64,000 nt of DNA, taken from Chitinophaga pinensis. GTDB lineage: Bacteria > Bacteroidota > Bacteroidia > Chitinophagales > Chitinophagaceae. The notes below the pieces were generated by a model that saw only the letters and a program-made list of their open reading frames with translations, searched no databases and was not told where the DNA came from. Of this stretch, positions 9,418 to 18,709 are shown one piece after another. Position 1 is the first letter of the stretch. Each line of letters opens with the position of its first letter. The position numbers were made by a program, and so were the translations under genes. The stretch spans positions 2,432 to 66,431 of the forward strand of contig CALRZI010000015.1 of NCBI GenBank assembly GCA_943372605.1. Direction: 5' to 3'.

Positions 9418-10002
9418 TTATTGTTTAATCAATCGCTCATAATCTTCTTCTGTATCAATATCAATAGCTCCAAGCGGAAAGTTAACCAATCCAACCCGAT
9501 GCTGGTCTTTATTTAACAACTGTCTTGCGCCTTTATCACCTTTCAGCTCCAGTAATTCCGGAAACAAGCTCCGATGAAACAATACGGGAGTTCCTATTGT
9601 ATCGGCGTAGGTACAGGCAATAACCGGTTGATTTGTTTTTTGATGAGCAACTATCATCTCGTTAAACAGATCAACAGAAACATAAGGCTGGTCACACACG
9701 GCAATGATCACTGTTTCTACCCGTGGAAATTCAGTTTGCAATCGTTTAATTCCGGCATGAATAGATGTTGCCATGCCTTCCTGCCAATGATGATTAATAA
9801 CTGTTACAATATTCTCCGTCTCCTTTAAATTATCTTCCTTATTCAACACAACCAGAATAGGTCCTGTTTTCAAATTAGTTGCAGTAGTAATAATGCGCTT
9901 GAGCAATGTCTGGTTATGAAACAACAACTGTTGTTTGGGCTTGCCAAGTCGCTTCGATGCTCCGGCGGCCAATATCAAAACAGCAGTTTCTTTAGTTTGC
10001 AT
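9418..10002 (-). CDS. mocA: Molybdenum cofactor cytidylyltransferase-like NTP transferase
   Basis: ILAAGASKRLG.PKQ, GMATSI, CDQP, GDKGAR, DIDTEEDY motifs; next to xdhC. Confidence 0.8.
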   Translation of the reverse strand: MQTKETAVLILAAGASKRLGKPKQQLLFHNQTLLKRIITTATNLKTGPILVVLNKEDNLKETENIVTVINHHWQEGMATSIHAGIKRLQTEFPRVETVIIAVCDQPYVSVDLFNEMIVAHQKTNQPVIACTYADTIGTPVLFHRSLFPELLELKGDKGARQLLNKDQHRVGLVNFPLGAIDIDTEEDYERLIKQ

Positions 10003-10009
10003 AGCTTAT

Positions 10010-11176
10010 TCAGACAGATGATGAAGATGTTTCAGTTTTAATAACCAAATCGGCGCGACGGTGTATCGCATCTGTCTTTTCACGTAAAGGCAGCGAATTT
10101 GACGATGTAAGTTTCGCCTGTATTTCAGCTATAACAGATATAGCAATCTCTTCTGCTGTTTCAGCGCCAATATTCAACCCTACCGGTCCGTGAATAGCAT
10201 CCTGTTGTTCCTGCGACAATTGAATTCCTTTCTCTGCCAGATCATCCATCATCATACGCATTTTCTTGTGTGGCCCCAATACCCCAATATACCGAACTGC
10301 CTTATTCAATAATGCCTTCAATATCGCCAGATCGTAATTGTAATTGTGCGACATCAACACAAACACTGTCCGGCTGTCTATGATTACATGCTCAAGAATA
10401 TGATCAGCTTTTGCATGTACTACCATGCAGGAGGGCATTGGAAATCTTTCTTTACTGGCATACATGGGTCTGCCATCAATTACGGTTGACTGCCATCCTA
10501 TAATTTCTGCCATTCTCACAAGGGGTATCACATCATTACCGGCTCCTATAATAATAAGTGATACGGGTGGTTGAATAAATTCAGCAAATACAACCAGTTC
10601 TTGCTCCCCATCCACATACTTACTGAATGAAGATTTCTGCTGCTCCATTACCAGTTTTATTTCATGCTGTAGTCTTGTTGTACCCAACACAGGTATCTCA
10701 CCAAACTCCTCTCCTTGTTCTGTAAATAAAAAGCAGGAACCATATTGCGGTGTTCTTTTATCCTGGATGGAAAACAAAGTAAGCAGTACAGATTTTTGTC
10801 TTGATGCGGTAGCTTTCTCTAGCAAATCAACAATAGCTTCTCCTCTTTCACCCTGTAATGGCTCTATCAATACCTGGATCACGCCCTGACAACCCAGTCC
10901 CATTCCAAATTTCGCATCGTCATCATCAGCAGTATCATAGGTTACCAGCATGGGTTTTCCGGAAAGTATTACGTGTAATGCTTTCCGGAAAGCATCTCCT
11001 TCCAAACATCCCCCACTGATAGAACCGGTTAATTCTGCTGCTTCGGTAATCAGCATTCTGGCGCCGGGTCTTCTGTAAGAGGAACCTTCTACATGCACCA
11101 CAGTTGCCAGTGCCGTTTTTCTACCGGCAGCTATTGCTTGCTGGTATGCTTTTATGATCGCAACTATTTCGTGCAT
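10010..11176 (-). CDS. xdhC: XdhC/CoxI family molybdoenzyme maturation factor
   Basis: ALATVV..GSSYRRPGA, GSISGGCLE, GLGCQG, YIGVLG, PVGLNIGAETAEEIA motifs. Confidence 0.92.
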   Translation of the reverse strand: MHEIVAIIKAYQQAIAAGRKTALATVVHVEGSSYRRPGARMLITEAAELTGSISGGCLEGDAFRKALHVILSGKPMLVTYDTADDDDAKFGMGLGCQGVIQVLIEPLQGERGEAIVDLLEKATASRQKSVLLTLFSIQDKRTPQYGSCFLFTEQGEEFGEIPVLGTTRLQHEIKLVMEQQKSSFSKYVDGEQELVVFAEFIQPPVSLIIIGAGNDVIPLVRMAEIIGWQSTVIDGRPMYASKERFPMPSCMVVHAKADHILEHVIIDSRTVFVLMSHNYNYDLAILKALLNKAVRYIGVLGPHKKMRMMMDDLAEKGIQLSQEQQDAIHGPVGLNIGAETAEEIAISVIAEIQAKLTSSNSLPLREKTDAIHRRADLVIKTETSSSSV

Positions 11177-11195
11177 AATAATTTCATATACCCAC

Positions 11196-11603
11196 TTACT
11201 TACGCTGCGCTTTTACCATAGCAGGTGTAATGTTGCCCGGGATTTTATTACCCCAACTGTTTTTGATATAATTCAACACATCAGCAATCTGTTCATCATT
11301 CAGGTATTCCTGTGCGGGCATGGCACCCACATATTTTTTACCATTAATGGTTAAACTGGCTGTTGAACCTTTTAATATTACAATGATAAGATCTTTAGCA
11401 GGTCTTTTCATATAATCAGCTTTTACCAAAGGAGGATTTACTTCCGGCATTCCACTACCATTTTCCATATGGCAGTTCTGACAATAGAGACCATACACTT
11501 CTTTTCCTCTTACGATACTTTTTTGTACGTCACTTTGTATAAAACCGCTACTGATCATTACGATTGAAACGATTACTGTTACTGTCAATATTTTTTTAAT
11601 CAT
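11196..11603 (-). CDS. Exported monoheme class I cytochrome c
   Basis: N-terminal hydrophobic signal, single CQNCH heme motif, distal Met in GAMPA. Confidence 0.9.
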   Translation of the reverse strand: MIKKILTVTVIVSIVMISSGFIQSDVQKSIVRGKEVYGLYCQNCHMENGSGMPEVNPPLVKADYMKRPAKDLIIVILKGSTASLTINGKKYVGAMPAQEYLNDEQIADVLNYIKNSWGNKIPGNITPAMVKAQRK

Positions 11604-11631
11604 ACTTGCAAATTATCAAAAAATAAAAAGA

Positions 11632-13788
11632 TCAAACCTTGGCCAGGTCAAATGGTAATTTCCTGATTCGCTTACCTGTTAAATCAAAAATAGCATTGGT
11701 TAAAGCTGGTGTAAATGGAGGCAAGCCAGGCTCTCCCACACCTCCTGCATCTTCATTATTGTCCATAATAAATACTTCGATCGGTGGAATTTCATTGATT
11801 CTTGGCATTCGGTAAGTAGTAAAATTTTTCTCAACGGTTAAGCCGTCTTTGAAATGAATTTCATGATTTGTTGCAGCACCTAATGCCATTACAATAGAGC
11901 CTTCTACCTGAGCACGAACTGTATCGGAATTCACGTACCAGCCACAATCTATAACAGCCCATACTTTATCAATCTTGATTTTTCCGGTGGCATCTTTAGA
12001 TACTTTCACTACCTGCGCAACACTGCTGCTAAAACACTCCGTAATGGCTACGCCATACCCCTGTTTTGGTTTTCGGGTTTTCCATCCAGATACCTGCTCT
12101 ACCTTTTCTAATAATTTCTGACAACGCTCGTTCTTCAGGTATTGTTTTCTGAAAGCCAATGGATCTTTGCCTGCTGCAATGGCAAGCTCATCCATAAAGC
12201 TCTCATATGCAAAACCATTGGTAGATGCATATACCGAACGCCACCACATGATAGGAATCGGTGTTTCAAATGGAATATCGGAGAAACTAATATTTTTGAT
12301 GCTATCTAAATAGTGTGGCTGAAAACCTTCCAGTACACTATCATTGGGAACATCTTTTTTACTTCCCATCCAATGTCCGATATTCTGACCGCACATCCTA
12401 AATTTAACAGCACTGATCTCCCCATTGTTTACTGCGCCCTCAGCTCTGTAACTAACACCCGGACGAAACGGACCTTGCGTCATATCATCTTCACGCGTCC
12501 AGATAACCTGTACAGGTGCGCCTGCTTCTTTTGAAATTAAACAGGCTTCATGTGTATAATCCAAAAATGCTTTTCTGCCAAAGCCTCCTCCAAGAAATGT
12601 CATATTTACGTGTACATTTTCTTTTTTAATCCCCATCTTCTGACTGATATCGCCTTGTACCCAATCAGGCGCCTGAATAGGACCCCATATTTCAATGGAA
12701 TCTCCTTTATAATGTGCCACACAATTCAATGGCTCCATACAAGCATGCGCCTGGTAAGGTGTTTCATAGACCACATCAAGTTTATTTTTCTGCTGTGCCA
12801 ATACAGGGTCAGGATCACCTTGCTTTTTCGCAGACAGTCCTTCTTTGGACTGCAGGTCGGCTTTCATTTTCTTATATATCTCTTCTGTATTCACATATTC
12901 AAAACCTGCATCATCCCACACCACTTTCAACGCTTTTCTACCCTGCATAGCTGCCCAGGTTGAATCTGCTAACACTGCCACTCCTTCCCGATCGGTATCG
13001 AATACTTTCATGGTAACCTTAAAAACCTTCTTTACCCCGGGTATTTTAAGCGTTGCACTATCATCATATGATTTCACTTTACCTCTTAAACGTGGATTGC
13101 GTTCTACCACGGCGTAAAGCATTCCGGGTATTTTTTTATCTATCCCAAAAACGGCTGTACCATTGGTTTTCAAAGGTGTATCCTGACGGGGAAGTGGCTT
13201 ACGGATAAGTTTATAATCCTCTACTTTTTTGAGTTGCACATTTTTAGGTGCTTCCAGCTTTGAAGCATCTACCACCAATTCTCCATAATGCATTTTCTTT
13301 CCTGAAGGGCGATGCGTTACATGTCCGGCTTCTGCAAAACATTCTGTAGCCTGCACACTCCATTTGGCAGCAGCAGCAGCAACCAGCATTTCGCGTGCAC
13401 TGGCACTTAACTTCAATAAGTTCTTATAAGTACCCCGAACAGTTGAGCTACCACCTGTGATCTGATTGCCATACTTGACTGTATCTCCTTTACCGAAAAT
13501 GATATTGACTTCGTTAAGATTCACTTCCAATTCTTCTGCAATCATTTGCGGTATTGCCTGATAAGCACCCTGTCCCATTTCAGCACGATGACATACAATG
13601 GTTACTTTCCCATTGGTATCAATATGTATCCATGAGTTGAGAGATACTCCATAGTTCTCCGCATCTTCACCTTTGATAATCGTAGATGCTTTTGATTCAC
13701 CGGAAAAGTAAAAACCTAACGTAAGCGCAGTGGCGGATAGTCCGGTAGCTCTAATGAATTTTCTTCTTGATATATCTTTTGGTTCCAT
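11632..13788 (-). CDS. Xanthine oxidase family molybdopterin-binding subunit (IorB-like), paralog 2
   Basis: SRRKFI twin-arginine motif; EMGQG, TGGSS, LGGGFGRK, WWRSV, GVGEPGLPP motifs. Confidence 0.92.
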   Translation of the reverse strand: MEPKDISRRKFIRATGLSATALTLGFYFSGESKASTIIKGEDAENYGVSLNSWIHIDTNGKVTIVCHRAEMGQGAYQAIPQMIAEELEVNLNEVNIIFGKGDTVKYGNQITGGSSTVRGTYKNLLKLSASAREMLVAAAAAKWSVQATECFAEAGHVTHRPSGKKMHYGELVVDASKLEAPKNVQLKKVEDYKLIRKPLPRQDTPLKTNGTAVFGIDKKIPGMLYAVVERNPRLRGKVKSYDDSATLKIPGVKKVFKVTMKVFDTDREGVAVLADSTWAAMQGRKALKVVWDDAGFEYVNTEEIYKKMKADLQSKEGLSAKKQGDPDPVLAQQKNKLDVVYETPYQAHACMEPLNCVAHYKGDSIEIWGPIQAPDWVQGDISQKMGIKKENVHVNMTFLGGGFGRKAFLDYTHEACLISKEAGAPVQVIWTREDDMTQGPFRPGVSYRAEGAVNNGEISAVKFRMCGQNIGHWMGSKKDVPNDSVLEGFQPHYLDSIKNISFSDIPFETPIPIMWWRSVYASTNGFAYESFMDELAIAAGKDPLAFRKQYLKNERCQKLLEKVEQVSGWKTRKPKQGYGVAITECFSSSVAQVVKVSKDATGKIKIDKVWAVIDCGWYVNSDTVRAQVEGSIVMALGAATNHEIHFKDGLTVEKNFTTYRMPRINEIPPIEVFIMDNNEDAGGVGEPGLPPFTPALTNAIFDLTGKRIRKLPFDLAKV

Positions 13789-13823
13789 GATGGATCATTG
13801 TTGTGATTGAAAAATGTTTAATA

Positions 13824-14294
13824 TTATCCTTTGGCCGACATTTTTTTGGATGCTTTTTTTATCGCCTCCCGTATTCTTGGATAAGTTCCACATCTGCAAA
13901 TATGTCCTTGCATTGCGGCATCAATATCCGCATCAGTAGGCGATGCTTTCTTTTGTAACAATGCTACGGCTGCCATGATTTGTCCGGATTGACAATAACC
14001 ACATTGAGGCACTTGTTCCTCAATCCATGCTGTTTGAACAGGATGTGTATTATTAGCTGAAAGTCCTTCAATGGTGGTAATTTTTTTGCTACCAACACCC
14101 GCTACCGGCAACTGGCATGATCTTACTGGTAACCCATCTATATGAATGGTACAGGCCCCACAGGCAGCAACGCCACACCCATATTTGGTGCCGGGTAAAT
14201 CGAGATGATCACGCAAGACCCATAATACCGGGGTAGCCGGATCTACCTCTACTTGTTTTTCCTTTCCGTTCACATGTAGTTTAATAGTAGCCAT
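13824..14294 (-). CDS. (2Fe-2S)-binding small subunit (IorA-like), paralog 2
   Basis: [31 protein letters not shown] motifs. Confidence 0.93.
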   Translation of the reverse strand: MATIKLHVNGKEKQVEVDPATPVLWVLRDHLDLPGTKYGCGVAACGACTIHIDGLPVRSCQLPVAGVGSKKITTIEGLSANNTHPVQTAWIEEQVPQCGYCQSGQIMAAVALLQKKASPTDADIDAAMQGHICRCGTYPRIREAIKKASKKMSAKG

Positions 14295-14447
14295 GATTCT
14301 ATAATTTAGCAGATTGAGATTATTTTTTTAACAGATACCAGACAGAAAGTTCCGATTTTTTTCCCATTTTCAATAATCAAGAAAAAATAATCATACCCGT
14401 ACCTTTCTTACATTGAAGTATCTTATACCGATTAAATATCCTTTTGC

Positions 14448-14876
14448 ATGAAAACAATTGACCCGATTATCCTTAAAGACAAAATATCGAATACCTTACT
14501 ATCTACCTTTCTGCTGGCTTTAGCTTTATTGGTGCAAACAAATCATCTGCAGGCACAACAAAAGACACAGATGGTTCGTCTTGCTAAAATTAAAGTTGAC
14601 CCAACCCAACTAGCAGCTTACAATAAAGCCTTGCTTACACAAATGAAAACAGCTATAGCACTTGAACCCGGCGTATTAACTTATTATGCCGTTGCAGATA
14701 AAAAAGATTCGACCAGCATCACCATCCTTGAAATTTATGCCGACACTGCTGCCTACAATAAACATATTCTTACGCCTCATTTCAAGAAATACAAAGACGC
14801 CGTAAAAGACATGGTAAAATCACTCGAACTGGTGGATGTAAATATGATTGGATTTGCTACAAAACCCGACAACTAA
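14448..14876 (+). CDS. Antibiotic biosynthesis monooxygenase (ABM / putative quinol monooxygenase) family protein with signal peptide
   Basis: EPGVLTY, ILEIYAD..AY..H..TPHF..Y ABM pattern after a hydrophobic N-terminus. Confidence 0.8.
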   Translation: MKTIDPIILKDKISNTLLSTFLLALALLVQTNHLQAQQKTQMVRLAKIKVDPTQLAAYNKALLTQMKTAIALEPGVLTYYAVADKKDSTSITILEIYADTAAYNKHILTPHFKKYKDAVKDMVKSLELVDVNMIGFATKPDN

Positions 14877-14898
14877 TCCACCTCTCTGCGAAACCTCT

Positions 14899-14936
14899 TT
14901 TTCCTTGCCCAGGATTTAAATCCCGGGCAAGGAAAA
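14899..14936. repeat. 38-bp near-perfect loopless palindrome (REP-like)
   Basis: TTTTCCTTGCCCAGGATTTAAATCCCGGGCAAGGAAAA, one mismatched pair. Confidence 0.75.
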
Positions 14937-14977
14937 GAGAACAAGGGAATACAGAGATTACCACAGAGACATTTAGT

Positions 14978-15009
14978 AAAAAAGATGCCGGAACAAAATC
15001 CGGCATCTT
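14978..15009 (-). terminator. Intrinsic terminator of lpdA
   Basis: AAGATGCCGGA / TCCGGCATCTT stem followed by a U tract on the minus strand. Confidence 0.7.
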
Positions 15010-15028
15010 GGTTATTATTCATTCAAAT

Positions 15029-15056
15029 CAGACATCTGCCATCAGACATCCCACAT
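15029..15056 (-). repeat. Heptamer array ATGTGGG-ATGTCTG-ATGGCAG-ATGTCTG (minus strand)
   Basis: Four units starting 3 nt after the lpdA stop; same family as 897-924. Confidence 0.85.
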
Positions 15057-15059
15057 TTC

Positions 15060-16466
15060 TTAGATATCTATCGCTTCTCCATAAGCCGCAGCTGTTGCTT
15101 CTTTCAGCGCCTCACTCATGGTTGGGTGCGGGTGAACAGCATTGAGGATTTCATGAGCAGTGGTTTCCAGTTTACGGGCCACTACCGCTTCGGCAATCAT
15201 TTCAGTTACATTGTAACCGATCATATGACAGCCCAAGAACTCCCCATATTTTGCATCATAGATTACTTTTACAAAACCTTCGGTTGCACCTACGGCAGTT
15301 GCTTTACCACTGGCCACAAACGGTAGTTTACCTACTTTGATTTCGTAGCCTGCTTCTTTTGCAGCTTTCTCCGTATAACCTACGCTTGAAATTTCAGGTG
15401 TACAATAGGTACAACCTGGAATATTATTATAATCAATAGCTTCCGGTAAATGATGGTGTTTCTTTTCCAGATAGGCCATATGTTCTGCCGCATTAATACC
15501 TTCTTTTGAAGCTACGTGAGCGAGTGCCTGACCGGGAGAACAGTCTCCAATGGCATAGATACCCGGAACAGAAGTTTGTTGAAATTTATCAACAACAATT
15601 TTTCCTTTTTCTGTTTTGATGCCGTTTTCCTCCAGTCCAATATTTTCAATATTTGCTACCACTCCTACTGCGCTTAATACTACTTCAGCTTCCAGAGTTA
15701 CGATTGATCCATCCTGTTTTTTCACCTGCGCTTTTACACCGGTACCACTAGTATCGAGTGATTCAACAGATGCATTGGTCATAATTTCAATACCCTGCTT
15801 TTTATAATTCTTTTCCAGTTCTTTTGAAATATCTTCATCTTCTACCGGAACAATACGTGGCATAAATTCTACGATGGTTACTTTGGTTCCCATACTGTTG
15901 TATACATAAGCAAACTCCACACCTATCGCACCACTTCCTACGATGATCATGCTTTTTGGTTGCTCTGGCAACACCATGGCTTCGCGATAACCGATTACTT
16001 TTTTACCGTCCTGTTTCAGGTTAGGTAATTCGCGGCTGCGACCACCGGTTGCAATGACGATATATTTGGCTTCCAGCACCTGTTTGCTTCCATCAGCAGC
16101 AGTTACTTCTACTTTTCCTTTTGATTGTACTTTTCCGTACCCCATGATCACATCAATCTTATTCTTTTTCATGAGGAACTGTACACCCTTATTCATTTTC
16201 TCAGCGGCTCCACGGCTGAATTTAATCACACCGGGAAAATCATGTGTACCTGTGGCATTAATACCATATTTGGCACTGTGTTTTACATATTCATATACCT
16301 GTGCACTTTTCAGTAATGCCTTGGTAGGGATACAACCCCAGTTCAGACAAACACCACCCAGACTTTCTTTTTCAATGATTGCCACTTTAAAACCAAGCTG
16401 TGAAGCACGAATAGCAGCCGGATAACCTCCAGGACCACTACCAATAACGATTAAGTCGTATGCCAT
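15060..16466 (-). CDS. lpdA: Dihydrolipoyl dehydrogenase
   Basis: GSGPGGY, GGVCLNWGCIPTK redox disulfide, HPHPTMSE motifs. Confidence 0.96.
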   Translation of the reverse strand: MAYDLIVIGSGPGGYPAAIRASQLGFKVAIIEKESLGGVCLNWGCIPTKALLKSAQVYEYVKHSAKYGINATGTHDFPGVIKFSRGAAEKMNKGVQFLMKKNKIDVIMGYGKVQSKGKVEVTAADGSKQVLEAKYIVIATGGRSRELPNLKQDGKKVIGYREAMVLPEQPKSMIIVGSGAIGVEFAYVYNSMGTKVTIVEFMPRIVPVEDEDISKELEKNYKKQGIEIMTNASVESLDTSGTGVKAQVKKQDGSIVTLEAEVVLSAVGVVANIENIGLEENGIKTEKGKIVVDKFQQTSVPGIYAIGDCSPGQALAHVASKEGINAAEHMAYLEKKHHHLPEAIDYNNIPGCTYCTPEISSVGYTEKAAKEAGYEIKVGKLPFVASGKATAVGATEGFVKVIYDAKYGEFLGCHMIGYNVTEMIAEAVVARKLETTAHEILNAVHPHPTMSEALKEATAAAYGEAIDI

Positions 16467-16520
16467 AAAAAATATTGATGATTAGATGAATTCCTTTGCG
16501 GATGCGAAAATACTGGAAAG

Positions 16521-16649
16521 AAGTGAAAAGTGAAAGGTGAAAACGTGAAAGGTGAGACGTGAAACGTGAGATGATAGGAATAATGCTACTGATAAGGCTA
16601 AAACAACAATCAAAATGCCCAATCTCTTTTCACCTTTCACTTTTCACTT
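16521..16649. repeat. Inverted pair of A(A/G/C)GTGA(A/G) heptamer arrays
   Basis: Seven units on plus (16521-16570) and three units on minus (16629-16649), the latter directly after the DUF62 stop. Confidence 0.85.
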
Positions 16650-17471
16650 TTATCCTTCAAAAAACACCCTCACCGTCTGGTAAAACCAACTAGTATCGAC
16701 TGATGAGGTTTTCTGGAGTTCTTCGTTAAAGCCCTGGAGACCAAAGAGACCGGCCATATTGCCGTTTCGGAGTGCTATTTCGAGGTATCCTGCCGAGTTA
16801 AACCAGGCCAGTTTTTCTGTTTCAGGAACAGAGGCATAGCTATTGCTGATGGTTTCTATGACTTCATTTCGTTTGAACACAATTTTAAAGCCCCGGCCTC
16901 TCCGATGCTCGTTGAATTCAGTTTCTGTTATATTAATGACCACATTTTCAAACTGATCGATAAACAATATCTGCCCCTCAATCCAATCGGGGCCTACGGT
17001 GGGGCGCAATGGATATTTTTCATCAATGGCATCAACAGCTTGTCCAACACTATTCAACTGCCCCGTTTTGGATACCGTATTGACAGCCACTGCAACAGCA
17101 GATGTGATTTGCAACAGGTTATGAGCATTATTTAAAGTAATGGCAACAATTTCTTTTGGCCGTTCACCAGTAATCATGGTAAGCAATCCGTTATCGGCAC
17201 AAACAATGAATTGCTGTTGATACCTTGCCATCAGCAGGTATTTTATGGGCGATTCATACAGATTGGCAATTACCACATGGAAAGTACCGGATGGATAATG
17301 TTTAAAAGCATTGGCGCAGATATAAGACGCCTGTGGAAAGTTGGTCTGTGGCAGGTAATGCGTAATATCACACAAATTAATAGTAGGGTCCAGTTGCAGG
17401 AACTGTCCTTTGATAGCGCCAACAAGAAAATCGCGCTGGCCTATATCAGTTGTCAACGTTACAATGGGCAT
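16650..17471 (-). CDS. DUF62 / SAM hydroxide adenosyltransferase (fluorinase/chlorinase) family protein, divergent
   Basis: TLTTDIG, DITH, ADNGLL, IDQFENV, GYLEIA motifs. Confidence 0.8.
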   Translation of the reverse strand: MPIVTLTTDIGQRDFLVGAIKGQFLQLDPTINLCDITHYLPQTNFPQASYICANAFKHYPSGTFHVVIANLYESPIKYLLMARYQQQFIVCADNGLLTMITGERPKEIVAITLNNAHNLLQITSAVAVAVNTVSKTGQLNSVGQAVDAIDEKYPLRPTVGPDWIEGQILFIDQFENVVINITETEFNEHRRGRGFKIVFKRNEVIETISNSYASVPETEKLAWFNSAGYLEIALRNGNMAGLFGLQGFNEELQKTSSVDTSWFYQTVRVFFEG

Positions 17472-17500
17472 GCCGCCTAATTAACGTAAGGATGGCCTTC

Positions 17501-18307
17501 TTATTTCACCAACTCGCCTTTTTTGAAGAAAAACTTGCGGACCAGTTTGTCGGCCAGTGAGGGGAAGAAACGATTCAGAAACACAGTTTCTTTCCCGGTA
17601 AATGTGAGTACGATAGTACGTTTTCTTTTGATGATAGCCTTAATAATGTGCTGTGCACATTCTTCTGAACTCATCATTTTACCTTCATCCATCGGCGATT
17701 CTCCCTGCGAATGACCCGTTTTGTTCAATGCGGCATTGCGGATATTGGAACTGGTGAAGCCGGGACATACCCACATTACATTTACACCTGACTCCAGCAA
17801 TTCTGTTCGCAAAGCCTCAAGCCAGCCATGTACTGCAAATTTGGAAGCTGAATAACCACTCCTTCCAGGCAATCCCCGGTAACCCGCAATAGATGACACA
17901 CCTACAACAGTGCCTTTATTTTTGATGATATGCGGAAGTGCAAACTTGGTACAGCATACTGTTCCCCAGAAATTAATATCCATCACTTTACGGATGGTAT
18001 CCAGCTCAACATCCTGCACCAATGCACGCATAGATACACCTGCATTGTTGATGAGGATATCAATGGTACCAAATGACTTTATTACCTGATCAATAAACTG
18101 TCTGCAATCCTGTTCTTTGCTTACATCGGCTGTATGAATAAGCAGGGGGCGACCTGTATGAGTTGATTGTAACTGGTATAGTTTATCATAATTCCTTCCA
18201 CAAGTGGCTACTTTGGCGCCCTCCTGCAGAAAAGCTTCTACGAGCGCTCTACCGATACCATCTGAGCCACCGGTTACAACTACTACTTTGTTGAGGAATT
18301 GCGACAT
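17501..18307 (-). CDS. Short-chain dehydrogenase/reductase
   Basis: TGGSDGIG, NNAG, SS and YSASK motifs. Confidence 0.9.
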   Translation of the reverse strand: MSQFLNKVVVVTGGSDGIGRALVEAFLQEGAKVATCGRNYDKLYQLQSTHTGRPLLIHTADVSKEQDCRQFIDQVIKSFGTIDILINNAGVSMRALVQDVELDTIRKVMDINFWGTVCCTKFALPHIIKNKGTVVGVSSIAGYRGLPGRSGYSASKFAVHGWLEALRTELLESGVNVMWVCPGFTSSNIRNAALNKTGHSQGESPMDEGKMMSSEECAQHIIKAIIKRKRTIVLTFTGKETVFLNRFFPSLADKLVRKFFFKKGELVK

Positions 18308-18327
18308 ATCTGTAAAAGTTTAAGGAA

Positions 18328-18335
18328 CAAAAATA
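18328..18335 (-). promoter_or_regulatory. Candidate -7 element (TATTTTTG) for the SDR-DUF62 unit
   Basis: TAnnTTTG match 20 nt upstream of ATG 18307. Confidence 0.5.
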
Positions 18336-18354
18336 CAGGATCGATCTTCGAAAT

Positions 18355-18384
18355 AAAAAAGGCGGCTGAAAACAGCCGCCTTTT
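18355..18384 (-). terminator. Intrinsic terminator after tRNA-Lys
   Basis: GGCGGCTG-AAAA-CAGCCGCC stem with flanking A/T tracts. Confidence 0.8.
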
Positions 18385-18388
18385 GAAG

Positions 18389-18461
18389 TGATCCCGCTGG
18401 GACTCGAACCCAGGACCCATACATTAAAAGTGTATTGCTCTACCAACTGAGCTACGGAATC
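18389..18461 (-). tRNA. tRNA-Lys (anticodon TTT)
   Basis: 73 nt; GATTCCG/CGGGATC acceptor stem, TAGCTCAGTTGGTAGAGC D arm, ATACA-CTTTTAA-TGTAT anticodon arm, GGTTCGAGTCC T arm; CCA not encoded. Confidence 0.97.
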
Positions 18462-18509
18462 CTCCCTTTTATACAACGATTTATATTACTATATCTCGTT
18501 TTGGGAGTG

Positions 18510-18540
18510 CAAAAATAGGTGAAATAAAAAACCAGCCAAA
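18510..18540 (-). promoter_or_regulatory. Bacteroidota sigma70 promoter for tRNA-Lys
   Basis: TTTG (18537-18540), 19-nt spacer, TATTTTTG (18510-18517): matches the -33/-7 consensus. Confidence 0.7.
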
Positions 18541-18709
18541 TTTTTATGCTTCTTTTTTATACGATTTACTCACATTCAATTCATTATAGGTGTCCAGAAC
18601 ATGCATTTTTACCCAAACAGACCATCATTATGCATTCTTTTTTCCAGACCACATTTTCCCATCATCCCGTATCTTAGTTTTAAATCATATCTGAGCTAAC
18701 GGAGTTTCA

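Noticed and set aside
18249-18476. 75-aa ORF on the minus strand
   Set aside because: It is a translation through the tRNA-Lys gene and its terminator.
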